64,000 nucleotides of DNA from assembly GCA_037444485.1 (NCBI GenBank), contig JBBIMI010000001.1, positions 1 through 64,000 of the forward strand. The letters are read 5' to 3'. The stretch comes from Candidatus Micrarchaeota archaeon. Lineage in GTDB: Archaea > Micrarchaeota > Micrarchaeia > Norongarragalinales > Norongarragalinaceae. The notes beneath the pieces were generated by a model, which was not told where the DNA came from, made no database searches, and saw only the letters and a program-made list of their open reading frames with translations. Of this stretch, positions 58,787-64,000 are shown one piece after another. The position numbers were made by a program, and so were the translations under genes. How positions within the stretch are numbered: position 1 is the stretch's first letter; every line of letters begins with the position of its first letter.

Positions 58787-60088
58787 TTAAAAGTTAACCC
58801 TCAATTCGGCAAGCAATTCACGCGCTCGGTCCACGCTTATTTTTTTCTCTTCAACCATCTTCCGCGCTATAACGTCAATCAACTCGCCTTTAGCGCCCGC
58901 CAAAACCGCGATGTTCTTCGCGTGCAGTTTCATGTGCCCCGCTTGAATTCCTTCGGTAGCAAGCGCGCGAAGCGCAGCGAAATTTTGAGCCAAGCCCACC
59001 GCTGCCATAACCTCGCCTAATTCGCGTGCAGTCTTCACGCCGAGAAGCTTTACGCAAACGCGCGCCACCGGATGCGTTTTCGTCGCGCCGCCGACTAAGC
59101 CGAGCGCGACAGGCAGAGTTATTTCTCCGATTAAGTCCCCTTTCTCGTTCTTGTAGTACTTCGTCAAAGGCGAGTATTTGCCTGAAAGCGCTGCGAAAGC
59201 GTGCGCGCCTGCCTCGAGCGCGCGCCAATCGTTTCCAGTGGCAATCGCTACAGCGTCAACGCCATTCATTATTCCCTTGTTGTGCGTGCAAGCGCGGTAT
59301 TCGTCGCTTGCCGCGAACGCGTAAGCGTCGAGAATGCGTTCGATTGTTTCCTCTCCGCCGCAAACTCCTTCGACAGCGAGCTCGCTTTTAGGAAAAACAG
59401 CTTTAGCGTGAGCAGTGCGGTTGACTGCGAGGTTTGAAATGATGCGCAAGCGCGCGCTCGCTCTAGTAAGCTCTTCCAATTTAGGGGCAAGCGCTTCACT
59501 CATCGTGTTCACCGTATTCGCGCCCATCGCGTCCCGCACGTCGACAAGCAAGTGCACTGCAAGCATTTTGCCGCGCGGCGAATCGACGACGCGCGATTCA
59601 ATCCCTCGCGCGCCTCCACCGTGTTCTACAAGAGTTTTGTCTAGAGTGTTGACGAAAGCAATCAGTTTTTGTTCCTGTTCTTTAATAATCTTGATTGCGT
59701 TAGCCCAATCGTTTTCATTAAAACGCGGATTAACGAGCTGAATCTGTCCAATCATCACGGGCTCAGTCGAAGTAGTAGTGAAACCGCTTGCAGCCCGCGC
59801 GATTTTCGCGGCTTTGCTTGCAGCAGCGACCACGCTTGGTTCTTCGATTGCGAAAGGAATAAAGTAATCTCGGCCGTTGATTTTAAAGTTTGTAGCGATT
59901 CCGATCGGCAGTTGCGTTGTTCCAACAACGTTTTCAATCATTCTATTCGCTGTTTCCGCGCCCAGCCCACCGTAATGGCTTAAAATCGTCGCTTCTTCTT
60001 GAGTTAACCCAGCAAAGTTTCGCACGAATTCGAGGCGTTCGGCAGCGGAAAGCTTGTAAAACTCTTTCACTTCAGAAGATTTTTCCAT
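58787..60088 (-). CDS. mvaA: HMG-CoA reductase, class II
   Basis: MIENVVG, EEPSVVAAAS, DAMGANTVNTM.E, ISNLA, THNKGIMNG, GNDWRALEAGAH, EGIQAGHMKLHA. Confidence 0.93.
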   Translation of the reverse strand: MEKSSEVKEFYKLSAAERLEFVRNFAGLTQEEATILSHYGGLGAETANRMIENVVGTTQLPIGIATNFKINGRDYFIPFAIEEPSVVAAASKAAKIARAASGFTTTSTEPVMIGQIQLVNPRFNENDWANAIKIIKEQEQKLIAFVNTLDKTLVEHGGGARGIESRVVDSPRGKMLAVHLLVDVRDAMGANTVNTMSEALAPKLEELTRASARLRIISNLAVNRTAHAKAVFPKSELAVEGVCGGEETIERILDAYAFAASDEYRACTHNKGIMNGVDAVAIATGNDWRALEAGAHAFAALSGKYSPLTKYYKNEKGDLIGEITLPVALGLVGGATKTHPVARVCVKLLGVKTARELGEVMAAVGLAQNFAALRALATEGIQAGHMKLHAKNIAVLAGAKGELIDVIARKMVEEKKISVDRARELLAELRVNF

Positions 60089-60274
60089 GACCCCACCAAA
60101 AAAAATTATTTCTCCAACGAATTAAAAACCCCTCTAAAACCCTTCTCTGCTTCGGCAATCAACGATTTTCCTAGAGTTTAGAACGATTTAAAAAAAACAA
60201 CTCGCAATAAAAAACTGGTAAAAACTAGTTGACTGATTAACGAAACGCTTAACAATCGCTCGAGGTAGTCGCGA

Positions 60275-61321
60275 GTGACTGCTGGAATAATTGGTTACGG
60301 GACCGCAATACCGCGCTTGCGCATAAAGCCAAGCGAAATAGCGCGAGTGTGGGGTAAAGACGGCGAACGCGTAAGCGCGAGCTTGAACGTCAAAGAAAAA
60401 GCAGTCGCAGCCTTCGACGAAGATTCTTGCACTCTCGCTGTTGAAGCAGCGAGGGAAGCGCTTGAAACAGCGCGAATCAAGCCAACGCAAATTGGAGCCG
60501 TCTTCGTTGGAAGTGAAAGCAAACCGTACGCAGTCAAGCCAACTGCAACCATAGTCGCTGAAGCAATAGAAGCGACACCCAACCTCACTGCAGCCGACTT
60601 CGAATTCGCTTGCAAAGCAGGCACTACTGGAATTCAAGCACTCATGGGAATGACTGAAAGCGGAATCATTGATTACGGGATTGCAATAGGTTCAGACACT
60701 GCTCAAGGCAGGCCTGCAGACGCTCTCGAGTACACCGCAGGCAGCGGTGCAGGCGCTTTCATAATCGGAAAACAAGACCCTATTGCGACAATCGACGCTA
60801 CCTTCTCGTTCACTACAGACACTCCGGATTTTTGGCGCAGGCAACACGCGGAATTCCCGCGCCACGCAGGCCGTTTTACTGGCAAGCCAGCCTTCTTCAA
60901 ACACGTGGTAAGCGCGGCTCAAGGACTCATGAAAAAAACAGGTTTGACTGCAGAAGATTTCAATTACGTGGTCTTCCATCAGCCCAACGGCAAATTCCCG
61001 TTGGAAGCAGGCAAGATTCTCGGCTTCGAAAAACAAAAACTCGAACAAGGACTAATAACGCCTTACATTGGCAACACTTACAGCGGAGCTTCAATGATTG
61101 GGCTCGCAAGCGTCTTAGACGCCGCCAAGCCCGGCGACAAGATTCTAGTAGTCTCTTACGGCAGCGGCGCAGGCAGCGATGCGTTTGCTATCACCGTCAC
61201 TGAAGCAATAAAGCAATCCGGCCGCAGGCCGAAGAAAAGTGTTTTCGAAAAAATCCGCGACAAGGAATACGTTGACTACGCACTCTACGCAAAACACAGA
61301 AAGAAAATCAAGAGCTTGTGA
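60275..61321 (+). CDS. Archaeal HMG-CoA synthase
   Basis: GSESKPYAVKPT, DFEFACKAGT, DTPDFWRR, FHQPNGKFP, GNTYSG, SYGSGAGSD. Confidence 0.94.
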   Translation: MTAGIIGYGTAIPRLRIKPSEIARVWGKDGERVSASLNVKEKAVAAFDEDSCTLAVEAAREALETARIKPTQIGAVFVGSESKPYAVKPTATIVAEAIEATPNLTAADFEFACKAGTTGIQALMGMTESGIIDYGIAIGSDTAQGRPADALEYTAGSGAGAFIIGKQDPIATIDATFSFTTDTPDFWRRQHAEFPRHAGRFTGKPAFFKHVVSAAQGLMKKTGLTAEDFNYVVFHQPNGKFPLEAGKILGFEKQKLEQGLITPYIGNTYSGASMIGLASVLDAAKPGDKILVVSYGSGAGSDAFAITVTEAIKQSGRRPKKSVFEKIRDKEYVDYALYAKHRKKIKSL

Positions 61322-61331
61322 GGAGATTAAA

Positions 61332-61688
61332 TTGGGGTTGAGTGAAAGAAAAAAAATTTTCTTTATTTATTTAGGCTATTTACTGTTTATGCTGAACTCC
61401 AGCGTGGCTGTAGCAAACCAGGAAAACCCGTTTAGAGAAATAACAATGATTTCAATGCTCGTTGCGCCGATTGCTTTCATAATCTGGTTGATTTACAAGA
61501 TTGTGAATCCAGCTGACTCTCGAGCGCTTACAGTAATCAAAGGCAGCTTAATCTGGAGTTTAACAATCTTTTTAGGTTCCTCGCTTTACAACATTACTGT
61601 TTGGAAACCACGATTCCCAATAACACCAGACTACGTTTACCGAGTTGATTCAATGGGCTTTAATCACATTTCCAGCAAGCGCTTTTAG
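61332..61688 (+). CDS. Hypothetical membrane protein
   Basis: Three hydrophobic segments; TTG after GAGGAG (start inferred). Confidence 0.55.
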   Translation: MGLSERKKIFFIYLGYLLFMLNSSVAVANQENPFREITMISMLVAPIAFIIWLIYKIVNPADSRALTVIKGSLIWSLTIFLGSSLYNITVWKPRFPITPDYVYRVDSMGFNHISSKRF

Positions 61689-61756
61689 CCGCGCTTGAAA
61701 TCAAAATACTTAAAGCCAGTAAACAAGTTAAAAACAAAAAAAAGAAAGTGAAACTC

Positions 61757-62920
61757 ATGCGCAAGGTTTCAGTAATAGGGGCTGCTTACACAAAGTTCGG
61801 CGAACACTGGGAAAAAAGCTTTAGAGAACTCGCCGTCGAGGCGGGCGTAAAAGCACTGCAAGACGCGCACATGGAAGGCAAAGACATTCAAGCGCTTTAC
61901 GGCGCCAGCATGGCCAGCGGCACGTTTATCGGACAAGAACACGTTGGCGCGCTCTTAGCAGACCAAATGGGTTTAAACCCGATTCCAGCAATACGTTGTG
62001 AAGCTGCCTGCGCCAGCGGCGGCGTTGCGTTCAGGCAAGCTTACCTCGCGGTTGCAAGCGGTGCTTACGACATCGTCGCAGTCGGAGGCGTCGAGAAAAT
62101 GACTGACGTCAGCGTCGAAGAAGCCGCAACTGCGCTTGGAGGCGCGGGCGATCAAGAATGGGAATTGTTTTACGGCGCTACTTTTCCAGCGATTTACGCG
62201 TTAATGGCGCAAAAATACTTGCACGATTTTAATGCGAAAGAAGAAGAATTCGCTGCAGTAGCAGTCAAAAACCACTACAACGGCGCGAGAAACCCGCTAG
62301 CACAATACCAGAAAGAAATCACTATCGAAGACGTCATGAACTCGGGCTACATCGCCACACCACTCAAACTACTCGACTGTTCACCAATCACTGACGGCGC
62401 TGCCGCAGTCATCCTTTGCGCTTCAGAACACGCAAAGAAATACACCGACCAACCAATCGAAATAATCGCGAGCGCGCAAGCCAGCGACACGCTCGCGCTT
62501 GCAAGCAGGCACTGCCTCACAGAACTCCATGCTACTAAAGTAGCCGCGAGAGAAGCATTCAAGCAAGCCCGCCTCACGCCAAAAGACATTGACGCAGCCG
62601 AAGTACACGATTGCTTCACGTCCGCGGAAGTGATGGCGATCGAAGACTTAGGATTCTTCGAGAAAGGCAAAGGCGCGAAAGCAACTAGCGACGGCGCGAC
62701 TGCATTAAACGCAGAAATCTCAGTCAACACCAGCGGCGGCTTGAAAAGCTGCGGCCACCCAGTTGCCGCAACCGGCATCAAGCAAGTATGCGAAATCGTG
62801 GAACAACTCCGCGGCGGCGCGAAAGAAAGACAAGTAAGCGGCGCGGAAATAGGCTTGACTCACAACGTTGGGGGCAGTGGCGCGACTGCGGTTGTCCACA
62901 TATTCAAGAGAGGGGATTAA
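61757..62920 (+). CDS. Acetoacetyl-CoA thiolase (archaeal type)
   Basis: EAACASGG, GVEKMTD, CSPITDGAAA, EVHDCFT, GHPVAATG, HNVGGSG. Confidence 0.94.
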   Translation: MRKVSVIGAAYTKFGEHWEKSFRELAVEAGVKALQDAHMEGKDIQALYGASMASGTFIGQEHVGALLADQMGLNPIPAIRCEAACASGGVAFRQAYLAVASGAYDIVAVGGVEKMTDVSVEEAATALGGAGDQEWELFYGATFPAIYALMAQKYLHDFNAKEEEFAAVAVKNHYNGARNPLAQYQKEITIEDVMNSGYIATPLKLLDCSPITDGAAAVILCASEHAKKYTDQPIEIIASAQASDTLALASRHCLTELHATKVAAREAFKQARLTPKDIDAAEVHDCFTSAEVMAIEDLGFFEKGKGAKATSDGATALNAEISVNTSGGLKSCGHPVAATGIKQVCEIVEQLRGGAKERQVSGAEIGLTHNVGGSGATAVVHIFKRGD

Positions 62921-62921
62921 A

Positions 62922-63323
62922 ATTAGGCATGCTTTACCGTTGATTTGGCGCAGGATTCCAGAACGCTACAACCTACTCGGCTCAACATGCCAAAACTGCG
63001 GCGTTTCTTACTATCCTGAACGCAAGATCTGTCCCAAATGCAGACGCCACGGAAAACTCGTTAAACAAAAAATGCCTCGTGAAGGCAAGATCGTCAGTTA
63101 CACTCAAGTGCATGCTGCTCCAAAAGGCTTCGAGCACGAAACGCCTTACTGGCTGGCAATCGTAGAACTCGACAACGGCGCCAAACTAATGGCGCAAATC
63201 GTGGACTCGCCGAAAGAAAAAATCGTTGAAGGCGCGCGCGTGCAAGCCTGCTTCCGCAAAATATTTGAAGATAACGAAGAAGGCGCGATCGCTTACGGAT
63301 ACAAGTTTAAAGTCGTTTACTAA
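62922..63323 (+). CDS. DUF35 Zn-ribbon/OB-fold scaffold of the thiolase-HMGS complex
   Basis: WRRIPERYNL.G..C..CG..YYP....CP.C, PY..AIVEL..G, FRK...G.I.YGYKF; start uncertain. Confidence 0.9.
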   Translation: MRHALPLIWRRIPERYNLLGSTCQNCGVSYYPERKICPKCRRHGKLVKQKMPREGKIVSYTQVHAAPKGFEHETPYWLAIVELDNGAKLMAQIVDSPKEKIVEGARVQACFRKIFEDNEEGAIAYGYKFKVVY

Positions 63324-63357
63324 GCTTATTTTTAAATCCGTGGGAGAATAGAAAATT

Positions 63358-64000
63358 ATGAATGGCAAGGAAAAACGGCCAATCCTACTTGAGCTTGATG
63401 CGGTGCACCCTTGCTGGTGTATCGAGTCTATCAACAAGGTTGAAGGCGCGCAAATAAGCTTAGTCTCTCCTCTTGTTTCTGAAAAAGACGTTTCCTGCGG
63501 TTATTATGAATTAAACGCGCCGAACGTCGACTTGTTTATTGACACGTTGAAAAAACATCCTTGGGTTAAAGAAATCCTTGTAATCGAGAAAACAAAAAAC
63601 CATGCTTTCGCGCTGATAAGGTCGCAGCATGATAAGCTAATGATAGAAACAATGGTTAAAACCGGCGCTCTGCCGCTAGAGCCTACGCTCACGAAAAGCG
63701 GTTTCGACACCGTAGCGTTAATCGTGCCAGACGACAAGACGCTTCGCGTGCTGGCCAGCGCATTGAAAGAGAATTTCGAGTACAAAATTCGGTTTAAAAA
63801 ATATTTAGTGAAAGAAAAAAAAGTTGGTGGAGAAAGATTTGGCGGTACAGGATTGTTTTCGTCAACCGACTTCTTGAAATTGAAGCTTGCAACAGAAAGC
63901 CTCTCACCAAAACAACGCGAGGCTGTTATGCTGGCTTCAGAAAAAGGCTATTGGGCAACTCCAAAACGCGTTGATCTAGAAGAACTCGCACGCCTTGCTG
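63358..64000 (+). CDS. Bacterio-opsin-activator-like HTH_10 transcription regulator (runs off window end)
   Basis: MNGKEKRPILLELDAVHPCWC...LSPKQREAVMLASEKGYWATPKRVDLEELARLA; not in ORF track because it has no stop. Confidence 0.85.
   Translation, partial: MNGKEKRPILLELDAVHPCWCIESINKVEGAQISLVSPLVSEKDVSCGYYELNAPNVDLFIDTLKKHPWVKEILVIEKTKNHAFALIRSQHDKLMIETMVKTGALPLEPTLTKSGFDTVALIVPDDKTLRVLASALKENFEYKIRFKKYLVKEKKVGGERFGGTGLFSSTDFLKLKLATESLSPKQREAVMLASEKGYWATPKRVDLEELARLA

Overview
Archaeal chromosomal window, most likely a DPANN lineage such as Micrarchaeota. This is inferred from archaeal ribosomal proteins S3Ae/S15/L24e/S28e/L7Ae, fibrillarin, a stand-alone 5S rRNA, heavy TTG/GTG start usage and 'LFGC' lipoproteins. 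It holds a Tad/type IV pilus-like ATPase with two TadC-like genes, three large Cys-rich surface proteins, tRNA-Leu, an intron-containing tRNA-Trp whose intron is a C/D guide RNA, tRNA-modification genes, a solo Cas4-like nuclease and an Lhr helicase. Three things stand out. (1) A compact eukaryote-like ubiquitin cluster at 40.1-43.8 kb: E2, Ubl ending in GG, Rpn11-like JAB, wHTH-RING E3 candidate and E1. (2) A 31-nt hairpin insertion with bulge-helix-bulge geometry splits the catalytic DEAGR|GP motif of RNase HII, a probable spliced intron in a protein-coding gene. (3) A complete classical mevalonate pathway with ERG8-like phosphomevalonate kinase, diphosphomevalonate decarboxylase, type-1 IDI and class II HMG-CoA reductase. 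All calls come from visual motif recognition; no database searches were run.
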